Origin: an uncultured Thermodesulfobacteriota bacterium
GTDB lineage: Bacteria; Desulfobacterota; Anaeroferrophillalia; Anaeroferrophillales; Tharpellaceae
DNA length: 64,000 nucleotides
NCBI GenBank assembly: GCA_964457755.1
Contig: CAYWGC010000001.1
Coordinates: 64,332-128,331, forward strand
Direction of reading: 5' to 3'
The notes under the pieces are model-generated. The model saw only the letters and a program-made list of their open reading frames with translations, did not search any database and was not told the DNA's origin. The translations under genes and the position numbers were made by a program. Within the stretch, counting starts at the first letter, position 1. Each line of letters starts with the position of its first letter. Positions 37,886-47,410 of this stretch are shown here, in pieces.

Positions 37886-39016
37886 CTACTGAAGTTGCTC
37901 TTCAGCACTAACCCATTGACCATTTTTAACGACTTTAACAAAAGCGGCTTTCAGGCAATCACCATTCTCGTCAAAGTAGGTCGCCCCGGTAATCCCTTGG
38001 TAGGCTTTCTCTTCTGAAGATATCCCGGCCAGATAGGCCCGCACCTTCTCGCGATCAAGTCCGGCTGCAGCAATCGCCGCAACCGCTAAGCCAACAGCGT
38101 CGTAGGTGTTGGCGGCAAACCAGTTGGGTTCAATTGCAAACTTCTGCCGGTAGCGTTCAACAAAATCTTTAACCATCACCCCGCCTCGATCAACCAGAAA
38201 AGGGGTGGTCACAAAGAGGCCATCGGCGGCAGGATTTTTCAGCATAATCTCATCATCAAGACCATCCGCCCCGAAAAAAGCACACTTAATCCCTAAACTT
38301 CGGGCCTGGGAGATCAGCAGGGTCGCCTGCGGAGCGTAACCCGGAATAAAGATGGCATCAGGACGCATCATCTTGAATTTTGACAGTGAAGCCTTAAAAT
38401 CGATTGTTTCCGACATATAAGCTTCGGCCCCGATCACCTGTAGACCAAGTTTTTTGGCCTGCCTGACAAAAGCATCCTTGAGCCCCATAGCATAGTCATT
38501 AACTTCATAAAAAATGGCTATTTTCTTAAAATTACGCACCTTTTTGGCATAACGAGCAAGAAAATCACCTTGAAAATCGTCCTTGTAGACATTGCGAAAA
38601 TAGTAAGGACTGGATTTGCCAATTTCAGGATTGGTCGAGGCTGGAGTAATTGCGGCAAGTCCGGCCTCTTTGTAGATCGGTAGAGCCGCCAGGGTTGCTG
38701 AACTACAAAGATGACCAACCACAATCGCAACCTTGGGATCACTGGCAAAACGGGTCGCCACGGCCGCGGCTTCCTTGGGATCACAAAGTTCGTCACCTAA
38801 AACAATCTCGATCTGCTGGCCATTAATGCCGCCCCCCGCGTTAATCTCTTCGGCTTTAAGCAGGGCCCCATTCTTGACCCCTTCACCAAAAGAGGCGAGC
38901 GGCCCGGTAAAAGGAGAGGCCACTGGAATCTTGATGGTTTCTGCTTGAATTAGAGAGACTGAAAAAAAACTGGTCAGAAAAAAACCGGCCGCAAGCAACA
39001 TCAATAATCTCTTCAT
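37886..39016 (-). CDS. livK: Branched-chain amino acid ABC transporter substrate-binding protein (LivK/LivJ family)
   Basis: 376 aa with a signal peptide and a type-I periplasmic binding fold. Confidence 0.8.
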   Translation of the reverse strand: MKRLLMLLAAGFFLTSFFSVSLIQAETIKIPVASPFTGPLASFGEGVKNGALLKAEEINAGGGINGQQIEIVLGDELCDPKEAAAVATRFASDPKVAIVVGHLCSSATLAALPIYKEAGLAAITPASTNPEIGKSSPYYFRNVYKDDFQGDFLARYAKKVRNFKKIAIFYEVNDYAMGLKDAFVRQAKKLGLQVIGAEAYMSETIDFKASLSKFKMMRPDAIFIPGYAPQATLLISQARSLGIKCAFFGADGLDDEIMLKNPAADGLFVTTPFLVDRGGVMVKDFVERYRQKFAIEPNWFAANTYDAVGLAVAAIAAAGLDREKVRAYLAGISSEEKAYQGITGATYFDENGDCLKAAFVKVVKNGQWVSAEEQLQ

Positions 39017-39619
39017 CTACTGCTCTCCTCTACCCTTTTTACCATTGACCCACCACTCATTGCTATCTTTACTGAACCACCAGGAAGCCCAGTCACTCTC
39101 ATAGAGACCTTTGGCTAAAGCCCGCCCCGACTCAGTCAAAAGACGCTGCCGGGCTACAGTCAACCATTTTCTAGCATAAGGATTGCCAAGATCATGCTGC
39201 TCCTTGACCAGAACCATCAGGGCCAATTGATCAGCATCGGCCGCCAGTTGCGCCTCAGAACTCGCTTTCTCTTCAAATTCTTGCACCAGAGCCGCTACCT
39301 CAGCCCCAAAAAACAGGGGCCGACACATATCTTCAAGAGCACCTGCTTCGTCAACTTTAACATATTTTTTATTGACGTAGTTATGATCTCCGGTACGAGC
39401 CTCAAGCAGATCATGCAGCAGGCAGAGTTGTAAAAGCCGTTTTTCATCGACTTCGACCCCGTTTTCAAGCTCCATCTTCGCCAAAACATATCCGGCAATC
39501 ATGGTCTGAAAAACGTGCTCGGCCACCGACTCCCGACCACTGCCGAGAAACTGTAGGCCGCTGCGCGGTGTGCGCCGCAACATCGCAGCCGTAAAAAGAA
39601 ACTCGGCCATATCCTTCAC
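39017..39619 (-). CDS. HD domain-containing phosphohydrolase (YfbR-like 5'-deoxynucleotidase family)
   Basis: 200 aa. HD motif residues in …AEHVFQ…LLHDLLEARTGD…. Confidence 0.6.
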   Translation of the reverse strand: MKDMAEFLFTAAMLRRTPRSGLQFLGSGRESVAEHVFQTMIAGYVLAKMELENGVEVDEKRLLQLCLLHDLLEARTGDHNYVNKKYVKVDEAGALEDMCRPLFFGAEVAALVQEFEEKASSEAQLAADADQLALMVLVKEQHDLGNPYARKWLTVARQRLLTESGRALAKGLYESDWASWWFSKDSNEWWVNGKKGRGEQ

Positions 39620-39906
39620 AGCTGTAGGGCCTCAAGTTCTCTTAATCTCTCAAGAATCATATTCTTTTTGATTTTGGCAGCCTGATAAGCCATCTCATCG
39701 CCCGCATCAAAAGCCTCTTTTACCTCTTTTTCTATCTGAGCCACCCCGGCCGCCATCTGGGTGTATGATTTCTTCAATTCATCGGTAACTGATTCCAGAT
39801 TATCATCCAGTTCGCCCAATGTTTTCTGCATCCAGGCGGGATCGTTAAGACGCTCAACTTCAGCCGCATCCTCAGGCATTTCAAACTCTGCTTTATCACT
39901 GCTCAT
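39616..39906 (-). CDS. Hypothetical acidic coiled-coil protein (96 aa)
   Basis: ORF overlaps the HD-domain gene by 4 nt (ATGA coupling). No recognisable motif. Confidence 0.4.
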   Translation of the reverse strand: MSSDKAEFEMPEDAAEVERLNDPAWMQKTLGELDDNLESVTDELKKSYTQMAAGVAQIEKEVKEAFDAGDEMAYQAAKIKKNMILERLRELEALQL

Positions 39907-39967
39907 AACAATTATTCTCTTAATAGTTTTTAACTATTCAGTTCCCTCATAAAGCTACTACAGAAGG

Positions 39968-40012
39968 CGTCGAACTTTGCTTCGCCTACTTCGAAGGGGA
40001 CAGTTTGAGCTG
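39968..40012. repeat. Dispersed intergenic repeat, family A copy 3 (downstream of yraN)
   Basis: cgtcgaactttgcttcgcctacttcgaaggggacag. Shares the cgtcgaac…ttgcttcgcc core with copies at 2244 and 62162. Confidence 0.45.
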
Positions 40013-40021
40013 AATAGTTGA

Positions 40022-40393
40022 TTATTCCCAGACAAAAGCGTCCTGGATCCACTCAATTTTGGGTTCTCCGCCTGCCGGAGCTAGGATTGCAATCACATCG
40101 AAACGTAGTTCACCATCCCAGGAGTGTTGATTGAGATACCAACCGGCCGTCTTGACCAAACGTTTCTGCTTCGACCATGAGACCGCTTCCTGGGGTGCGC
40201 CGAAGGTCTCCCGCCGGCGGGTTTTGACCTCACAGAAAACCAAAACTTCAGAAATCTGCGCAATGATATCTATCTCACCAAAACGACAACGGAAACCGCG
40301 CTCAACGACTCTCAGTCCCTGCTTCTCCAAGTAGGAAGCCGCAAGCGCCTCTCCCCAACATCCGAGTTTATGGCGTTGATCTTCACTCATCAC
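40022..40393 (-). CDS. yraN: YraN family (UPF0102) endonuclease-like protein
   Basis: 123 aa. GEALAASYLEKQGLRVVERGFRCRFGEIDIIA…VFCEVKTR is the YraN signature. Conserved position downstream of rnhB. Confidence 0.85.
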   Translation of the reverse strand: MMSEDQRHKLGCWGEALAASYLEKQGLRVVERGFRCRFGEIDIIAQISEVLVFCEVKTRRRETFGAPQEAVSWSKQKRLVKTAGWYLNQHSWDGELRFDVIAILAPAGGEPKIEWIQDAFVWE

Positions 40394-41000
40394 ACACTAT
40401 GTCCTTACAACGAAAACTGCGACGATGCAAGAGGCAAGGTCCGTGACGAGCCAGAGCCCGGCGATGAACTATTGTCCCATAACCTTTATTACGGGCAAAA
40501 CCATATTCGGGGAAACGGCGATCATAGTAGAGCATTTGACGATCACGAACGACTTTTGCAATAATCGATGCGGCCGCAACAGGCAGGCAGAGGGAGTCAC
40601 CCTTGACCAAAGGGTATTGAGGAAGGTGCAAAGGCAAACGTTGACGACCGTCAACCACCACGAGGTCAAAAACCTGACGCATTGCTGTCAGAGCTTTGAC
40701 CATAGCTTTCAGTGACGCCTGCAGAATATTAATTTGGTCTATCTCCTCAACGGAGACCACGCCAAGGCCAAAGAGAATACTGGAGTTCACTAATTGATTA
40801 AAAATCAGCTCCCGTTGCTCTGGACTTAATTTTTTAGAATCGTCCACCCCGGCTATGGAAAAATCAGGGGGTAACAGAGCCGCAGCCGCGACCACTGGTC
40901 CCGCTAAACACCCCCGGCCAACCTCATCAACCCCAACCACCAAAGGCCGTCCAAGACGGGTCATGATATTGACTATGGCTTCTTTCGGGGAATCACTCAT
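40383..41000 (-). CDS. rnhB: Ribonuclease HII
   Basis: 205 aa. VGVDEVGRGCLAGPVVAAA active-site motif. Confidence 0.9.
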   Translation of the reverse strand: MSDSPKEAIVNIMTRLGRPLVVGVDEVGRGCLAGPVVAAAALLPPDFSIAGVDDSKKLSPEQRELIFNQLVNSSILFGLGVVSVEEIDQINILQASLKAMVKALTAMRQVFDLVVVDGRQRLPLHLPQYPLVKGDSLCLPVAAASIIAKVVRDRQMLYYDRRFPEYGFARNKGYGTIVHRRALARHGPCLLHRRSFRCKDIVCDE

Positions 41001-41080
41001 GAAAAGAGGGTTTAGCTATCAGGCATAGATAGCAGTTAATATAACCAGAAGCTATGCCTGATTCCATAGATCCCCGCAAA

Positions 41081-41422
41081 TCAGTTGATAGTTCTGATCC
41101 GTGCTGCCTTACCACGCAAGTTACGCATATAGTAAAGCTTGGCCCGACGTACGCGACCGCGATTAACCAGTTCAATCTTGTCAACCATCGGTGAATGCAG
41201 GGGAAAAGTCCGCTCGACGCCAATACCAGCCGAAACTTTACGCACGGTAAAGGTCTCGCGACTGCTCTCTCCCTGACGACGCAAGACAAAGCCCTGAAAA
41301 ATCTGAATCCGCTGTTTTTCACCTTCACGAATCTTGACATGAACTTTCAAGGTATCTCCCGCCTTAAAAAGAGGGATATCCATACGCATACTGTTTTGTT
41401 CAATCTGTGCAATTGTGTTCAT
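41081..41422 (-). CDS. rplS: 50S ribosomal protein L19
   Basis: MNTIAQIEQ…[32 protein letters not shown]…[10 protein letters not shown] is canonical L19. The ORF is open to 41470, but the start was chosen at MNTI. Confidence 0.9.
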   Translation of the reverse strand: MNTIAQIEQNSMRMDIPLFKAGDTLKVHVKIREGEKQRIQIFQGFVLRRQGESSRETFTVRKVSAGIGVERTFPLHSPMVDKIELVNRGRVRRAKLYYMRNLRGKAARIRTIN

Positions 41423-41502
41423 TGGCTCTCTCCAGAAAAAATAATAGATGGCTGCCAGAGGGCAATCCATCCTCCATATTCACACTTAATTATTTATATA
41501 AA

Positions 41503-42252
41503 TCAACCCTTATCGAGCTTATCACTATGGCCCTGCTGCTGCCATTGGGACAATAGATCTTCTTCTACAACACTCAGTTTAGCTTGAACCAGAAGATCGG
41601 GACGCCGTTCAAAGGTTCGCCTTAAAGCCTGCAATCGCCGCCATTCATTGATTCTGGCATGGTGGCCCGAAAGCAATATTTCAGGCACCTTAAGACCGGA
41701 AAATTCAGCCGGCCGGGTATAGTGAGGATACTCCAGTAAGGGAGAAAAACTCTCCTCGTCAAGCGATGCCGCAGACCCCAAGACTCCGGGCAACAACCTG
41801 ACCACCGCATCAATCATAACCATAGCCGGCAATTCACCACCGGTCAGGATATAGTCTCCGAGACTGATCTCCCGGTCAACCAAGGTGTTGACCCGTTCAT
41901 CAAGTCCCTCATAATGAGGACAGAATATAACCAGCTGTTCCAAGGTAGTGAGTTTTTCGGCCAGCGCCTGCGTAAAGGGCTCACCTGCGGGTGACGGGAG
42001 TAGCACTTCACCAATAACGTTTGCATCTCGAAGATCGGCTAGAGCCCTGAAAGCCGGCTCAGGCCGCATCACCATGCCGGCTCCGCCACCATAAGGGTAG
42101 TCATCAACCACCCGATGGCGATCATGACAATAATCTCTGAGATTGTGAACCCGTAATTGAAACTGACCTTTCTCCCGGGCGCGAGACATTATACTCTCGG
42201 CAAAAGGAGAATCAAACATCTTCGGGAAAATGGTTACTACATCAATAATCAT
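41503..42252 (-). CDS. trmD: tRNA (guanine37-N1)-methyltransferase
   Basis: 249 aa SPOUT fold. Conserved rimM-trmD-rplS order. Confidence 0.9.
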   Translation of the reverse strand: MIIDVVTIFPKMFDSPFAESIMSRAREKGQFQLRVHNLRDYCHDRHRVVDDYPYGGGAGMVMRPEPAFRALADLRDANVIGEVLLPSPAGEPFTQALAEKLTTLEQLVIFCPHYEGLDERVNTLVDREISLGDYILTGGELPAMVMIDAVVRLLPGVLGSAASLDEESFSPLLEYPHYTRPAEFSGLKVPEILLSGHHARINEWRRLQALRRTFERRPDLLVQAKLSVVEEDLLSQWQQQGHSDKLDKG

Positions 42253-42798
42253 TTAAGATGACAATTCCGCTCTATCAGCTACCGGAACCCCACCTTGACC
42301 GCTGGGGTCGACAACAATCTTGCCAGCGCGCAAATCAATCTCTATTATATAAGCAGCGACCACGGGAAGTAGAAGTTCATCCTGACCCTGAGATGCAGGT
42401 TCAACCACATATATTTCGTGGGCCGCAGTCACCATGATTTCCGTTAATTGACCCAGTTTTTCACCCTGGCAATCAAAAACCGGCAACCCGATTAACTGAA
42501 AATGGTAATACTCACCGTCAGCTAAAAGAGGTAACTGGCTGCTGCGACAAATAAGCTCACAGCCAAGCAAAGCTTGGGCTTGATCAATCGAGTCACATCC
42601 AGCCAGAGTGAGGACAAAGCCACCTTTATGCGGCCTGTACCTCTGAACCACGACAGGCTTTAAATCATCACCACAACGTAAGCTGATATCCGGTAAAAGG
42701 AAATTTTCAGGATCCTCAATCTCTGATCGAACCTTGACCTCGCCGCGCAAACCTTGAGCTTTAACAAACTCGCCTAAAACCACCCAGGAATCTCTCAT
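42253..42798 (-). CDS. rimM: Ribosome maturation factor RimM
   Basis: 181 aa. VLGEFVKAQGLRGEVKV N-terminus and PRC barrel. Confidence 0.85.
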   Translation of the reverse strand: MRDSWVVLGEFVKAQGLRGEVKVRSEIEDPENFLLPDISLRCGDDLKPVVVQRYRPHKGGFVLTLAGCDSIDQAQALLGCELICRSSQLPLLADGEYYHFQLIGLPVFDCQGEKLGQLTEIMVTAAHEIYVVEPASQGQDELLLPVVAAYIIEIDLRAGKIVVDPSGQGGVPVADRAELSS

Positions 42799-42817
42799 GA
42801 GCCGAAATAGAGATCGA

Positions 42818-43051
42818 TCATTCGACTATTTCGAGGCTGGCCCGGCGTCCTTCTTTAGCAGCAGCTGCCCCTAAAATAGTACGCATGGCCCGCGCGGTTT
42901 TGCCTTGGCGACCGATCACCTTACCGAGATCCTGCTGGTTGACACAGAGCTCCAACTGCACTGAATTTTCCTCTTCACGCTCCCGAACCTCAACTTCATC
43001 AGGATTATCAACCAAGGACTTAGCCAAGTACTCAATTAAATCTTTGTACAT
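42818..43051 (-). CDS. KH domain RNA-binding protein (YlqC/UPF0109 family)
   Basis: 77 aa. VIGRQGKTARAMRTIL KH GXXG motif. Conserved between rpsP and rimM. Confidence 0.85.
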   Translation of the reverse strand: MYKDLIEYLAKSLVDNPDEVEVREREEENSVQLELCVNQQDLGKVIGRQGKTARAMRTILGAAAAKEGRRASLEIVE

Positions 43052-43086
43052 TGCTTTTCTCCGGGCACCTTATATAGTGGTAAGGA

Positions 43087-43347
43087 CTATGCTGATGTTT
43101 CCGCAGCGGCTTTTTGAGTTTTTTTAATAAGGTTCGCTACGGTCGCGGTTGGCTGAGCCCCCTGATCGAGCCAGTATTTCAATTTGTCATCATGTAAAAC
43201 GACAACGCCCGGATCGAGGTTGGGATCATAGGTTCCGACAATTTCAAGAAAGCGGCCATCTCTGGGTGCTTGTGTGTCTGCCGCCACAATGCGATAAAAA
43301 GGCTTTTTTTTCGCCCCTCTACGCGTCAATCTAATTTTTACTGCCAT
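43087..43347 (-). CDS. rpsP: 30S ribosomal protein S16
   Basis: [42 protein letters not shown] is canonical S16. Confidence 0.95.
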   Translation of the reverse strand: MAVKIRLTRRGAKKKPFYRIVAADTQAPRDGRFLEIVGTYDPNLDPGVVVLHDDKLKYWLDQGAQPTATVANLIKKTQKAAAETSA

Positions 43348-43421
43348 CTGTCTCTTTCTCCTTCTGTTAATAAAAATTGAAGTCCCTTAAGACTTCAGCT
43401 GAATTAAAAATCATCTATAAG

Positions 43422-44762
43422 TCATCCACCTAACTGGCCCATCATGCGCTTCAACCCTTTAGGCCCCATCTTGTTGAACTTTTTCATCATTTTCTTCATT
43501 TCGAGAAAATTCTTGAGCAGACGGTTAACATCCTGAACCGTGGTACCGCTGCCTTTGGCGATCCGTTTGCGACGACTGCCGTTAATCAACTTATGATCAT
43601 GGCGCTCTTTATCGGTCATCGAGTTGATAACCGCCTCGATAACGACCAGCTCCTTCTCATTAATCGCTTCATCGCCAATTTTCTCTTTCAGCTTACCCAT
43701 GCCGGGAATCATCTTCATGATTCCCCCAACTGATCCAAGTTTCTTGATTTGATGCAACTGCGAACGAAAATCATCGAGAGAAAATTCATTCTTACGCAGT
43801 TTGCGGGCCAGTTCTTCGGCTTTTTTCTGATCGACACCATCCTGGGCTTTCTCGATCAGGGTCAGCATATCCCCCATCCCGAGAATCCGCGAAGCCATGC
43901 GGTCAGGATGAAAAATATCCAGGGCGCTGAGTTTCTCCCCTTCACCCACAAACTTAATCGGTTTTCCGGTTACAGCTTTTATTGAAAGGGCGGCGCCGCC
44001 GCGGGCATCACCATCAAGCTTGGTCAGGACAACCCCGGTGATATCAAGGGTGTCGTTGAAGGTTTTGGCGATATTTACGGCTTCCTGACCAGTCATTGCA
44101 TCAGCTACCAAGAGGATTTCATGGACCTTGACAGCAGCTTTAATTTTTTCAAGCTCAGCCATCAATTTTTCGTCAATCTGCAAACGCCCGGCCGTATCGA
44201 TAATCACGGTATCATAGCCCTGCTGCTTTGCCATCTCTAGGGCTTTGCGGCTGATTTTAACCGGATCCTGTTTGATCTCAGAAGGATAAACCGGCACATC
44301 AATCTGACGCCCGAGACTCTGTAATTGATCTATCGCCGCTGGCCGATAGACATCAACCGGCACGAGCAAAGGTTTGCGCTTCATTTTTTTAAGCGAGAGG
44401 GCCAATTTGCCCGAAGAAGTTGTCTTCCCGGAACCCTGGAGGCCAACCATCATTATAACAACCGGCGGAGCCGCGTTAAAATCAAGCCCGACCGCTCCCC
44501 CACCCATCAGGGCAACCATCTCTTCATTAACGATTTTGACAAACTGCTGGGCCGGAGTCAAGCTCTCCAGGACTTCACTGCCCATAGCGCGCTCGCGCAC
44601 GGCTTTAACAAACTGCTTGACAACCAGAAAATTAACGTCCGCTTCGAGCAGGGTCAGACGCACTTCGCGCAAGGCATCCTTGACATTATCTTCCGTCAAG
44701 CGCCCCTGACCGCGGAGTTTTTTGAAGGTTACATCAAGTTTGTCGGACAGCGACTCAAACAT
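43422..44762 (-). CDS. ffh: Signal recognition particle protein Ffh
   Basis: 446 aa. NG domain GLQGSGKTT, DTAGR, and a Met-rich M domain. Confidence 0.95.
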   Translation of the reverse strand: MFESLSDKLDVTFKKLRGQGRLTEDNVKDALREVRLTLLEADVNFLVVKQFVKAVRERAMGSEVLESLTPAQQFVKIVNEEMVALMGGGAVGLDFNAAPPVVIMMVGLQGSGKTTSSGKLALSLKKMKRKPLLVPVDVYRPAAIDQLQSLGRQIDVPVYPSEIKQDPVKISRKALEMAKQQGYDTVIIDTAGRLQIDEKLMAELEKIKAAVKVHEILLVADAMTGQEAVNIAKTFNDTLDITGVVLTKLDGDARGGAALSIKAVTGKPIKFVGEGEKLSALDIFHPDRMASRILGMGDMLTLIEKAQDGVDQKKAEELARKLRKNEFSLDDFRSQLHQIKKLGSVGGIMKMIPGMGKLKEKIGDEAINEKELVVIEAVINSMTDKERHDHKLINGSRRKRIAKGSGTTVQDVNRLLKNFLEMKKMMKKFNKMGPKGLKRMMGQLGG

Positions 44763-44905
44763 CAGCAGGAGATTTCCTTAAGAACCGTTCTTTGTAAATT
44801 TAATACGCAGGCCACGAGGCGCACCTCTCCTGACAGGCAAATTATGAGAGCGCAGGATATTAGCCTACCTGGCATAGTAAAGTCAAACAAAAAAACCAAT
44901 CACAC

Positions 44906-47161
44906 TCAACCCAGCTTTTTGAGGTTGGCAAACTTGAGCAGCAGAAGTTTGCGTCCACGATCACGAAAGATGATATCGAGCTTAGCCCCTTCTCCAGAAC
45001 CTTTAACCCCGGCCACGACACCGGGGCCAAATACCGCATGCTCGACATGGCAACCCTGCGGGAAAGATCCTTGGACAGCCCCTACCGGCATGCTCTTTTT
45101 AGAGGCCCCAAGCCGGAATGAAGGCTGCGGCCACACGCTTTTTTGCGCACGAAAACCCGAGCCCGCAAAAGACTCTTTTGGAGATCCACCAAAAGAGTCT
45201 TCAGATTTCAGTTTGGAACTGCGATGCTGATCTTCACGTTGCAAAAGTTCTAAAGGAATCTCCATCAAAAATCGTGAGGGACGACTATCTTTTAGCTGAC
45301 CATAGAGGCGCCGAACCCGACAGGCTGACATATGCAGTTTTTCCCGAGCCCGGGTCATACCGACATAACAGAGCCGGCGTTCCTCCTCTAAAAGCTCCGG
45401 TTTTTCATAACTGCGCTGCCCGGGAAAGAGCCCCTCTTCAAGACCCACGAGAAAGACCTCGTCAAACTCCAAGCCCTTGGCCCGATGAATTGTCATCAAC
45501 GTGACCCGGGAGGCCGCTTCATTTGAGAGACGATCATCGTTAATCAAAGCCACATTCTCCAGATAGGCGGCCAGGGTCGGCTTCTCCTGTTCGTTCTCCC
45601 AGAGTTCAATGGCATTTAAAAGTTCAGCCACATTCTCACCCCGGGTCTGAGCCTGGACCGAGTCGTTATTTTTCTGCAGCCACTCGGCAAAACCGATTTC
45701 AGCAATAATTTTAGCACACAGCTGGCTGGGTTTACAATTCTCCTGATCCCGGCGCCACTGCCTGATCATATCCCGCAAACCCAGTAAAGCTTTGCGCGCG
45801 CCCCCCCGAACCAGAGCCTCAGAATCCAACCTTTCCAGGGTTTCCCAACCACTCAACTGGTTCTCTTGCGCATAAACTTGGAGATGTTCAATTGAGGTCT
45901 TACCAACCCCACGCGTCGGCACGTTAAGAGTACGCAGGAGGCTGATTCCATCACGCTCATTATTGACAACCTTAAGATAGGAGAGAAGATCGCGGATCTC
46001 GGCCCGATCATAGAACTTCGTGCCGCCGACAATCACATAGGGAATTCCGCGACGGCTCAACCCCTCTTCAAAGATTCGAGACTGGGCATTAGTGCGGTAG
46101 AAAATGGCAAAATCACCAGGCTGCCGCACCGAAGTAGAGATCCGTTTGACCACATAACTGCATTCCTCAGCCTCGTTCGCACCAAGGAAAAGAGAAACCA
46201 ACTCACCTGAACTATTTTTTGTCCAGAGGTCCTTACCTTTACGTTTCCGGTTACCGGCAATCACCTGATTGGCAGCGGCCAGGATAGTCGCAGTCGAACG
46301 ATAATTCTCTTCGAGGCGGACGACTTTGGCTTCAGGATAATCTGACTCAAAATCGAGAATATTTTTTATCTGGGCCCCGCGCCAGCTATAGATCGACTGA
46401 TCATCATCACCAACCACACAGAGGTTGCGGCGGGGTTCGGCCAGCATACTGATGAGACGATACTGAACTTCATTGGTATCCTGGTACTCATCAACCAGGA
46501 TATATTGGAAACGCTGGCGATAGGATTCCAACACATCAGGATGCTGATCAAACAGAGCCACAGTCTGAGAAAGGAGATCACCAAAATCAAGCGCATCATT
46601 CTCCTTCATACTATCCTGATAGAGCTTGTAAGCGTCAGCCGCCCGCCGGGTCTTAGGATTTTGCGCCTGGCTCGCCTCCAGAGCATACTCATCCGGATTA
46701 ACCCCGCGATTTTTCGCATCATCGATCACCGAACGTAGATACTCAACCGGAAACATCGTCGCGGAGAGGTTAAGTTTACGGGAGACCTCTTTAAGTAGGG
46801 CAATCTGCTCTTTATCAGAGTAGATCGAGAATTTGACAGAGAACCCTAAAAGTTCACCATGATTGCGAAGAATTCGAGCACAGCTCGAATGAAAGGTCGA
46901 GATCCACATACTCTGAGCCACCGGCCCGATCATCTCCCGCACCCGCTCACGCATCTCCTGAGAGGCTTTATTGGTAAAGGTAACCGCCATAATCTCCTGC
47001 GGTGCCACCCCTGAAACCGCAATCAGGTAAGCAATGCGATGGACAATGACCCGGGTCTTGCCACTACCCGCACCCGCCAGGATCAACAAGGGCCCCTGAC
47101 TATTAATTACAGCTTCCCGCTGCACCGGATTAAGTCCGGCGACAATATTTTCTGCATTCAT
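44906..47161 (-). CDS. pcrA: ATP-dependent DNA helicase PcrA/UvrD
   Basis: 751 aa SF1 helicase. AGAGSGKT, TFTNKA, VDEYQDTN and the C-terminal UvrD Tudor-like tail. Confidence 0.9.
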   Translation of the reverse strand: MNAENIVAGLNPVQREAVINSQGPLLILAGAGSGKTRVIVHRIAYLIAVSGVAPQEIMAVTFTNKASQEMRERVREMIGPVAQSMWISTFHSSCARILRNHGELLGFSVKFSIYSDKEQIALLKEVSRKLNLSATMFPVEYLRSVIDDAKNRGVNPDEYALEASQAQNPKTRRAADAYKLYQDSMKENDALDFGDLLSQTVALFDQHPDVLESYRQRFQYILVDEYQDTNEVQYRLISMLAEPRRNLCVVGDDDQSIYSWRGAQIKNILDFESDYPEAKVVRLEENYRSTATILAAANQVIAGNRKRKGKDLWTKNSSGELVSLFLGANEAEECSYVVKRISTSVRQPGDFAIFYRTNAQSRIFEEGLSRRGIPYVIVGGTKFYDRAEIRDLLSYLKVVNNERDGISLLRTLNVPTRGVGKTSIEHLQVYAQENQLSGWETLERLDSEALVRGGARKALLGLRDMIRQWRRDQENCKPSQLCAKIIAEIGFAEWLQKNNDSVQAQTRGENVAELLNAIELWENEQEKPTLAAYLENVALINDDRLSNEAASRVTLMTIHRAKGLEFDEVFLVGLEEGLFPGQRSYEKPELLEEERRLCYVGMTRAREKLHMSACRVRRLYGQLKDSRPSRFLMEIPLELLQREDQHRSSKLKSEDSFGGSPKESFAGSGFRAQKSVWPQPSFRLGASKKSMPVGAVQGSFPQGCHVEHAVFGPGVVAGVKGSGEGAKLDIIFRDRGRKLLLLKFANLKKLG

Positions 47162-47410
47162 ATTATTATTTATTAACGTGAGGGAATAACAAACCGGGCT
47201 GAGCCGTGGTTTTTTTGAAATGATTCACTTAACATGGGGGGCTGTTTATAAACCATTGAAGCATCAAAGTAAATACGGAAATTGTCTAAATCTACAATAT
47301 CGAACGGACAAGGAGAACCAAAGCACACAAAAAAGTGTAAGGGTAGACTTTCCGTAGAAAATGTTGTTTACTGGTAAAAACTGACATTTCTGATAATAGG
47401 AGAAATAACA

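Noticed and set aside
44763-44905. 143-bp pcrA-ffh spacer checked for an SRP RNA (ffs), other ncRNA or tRNA
   Set aside because: No cloverleaf. No match to the conserved SRP RNA domain IV motif. Probably just the ffh promoter/leader.
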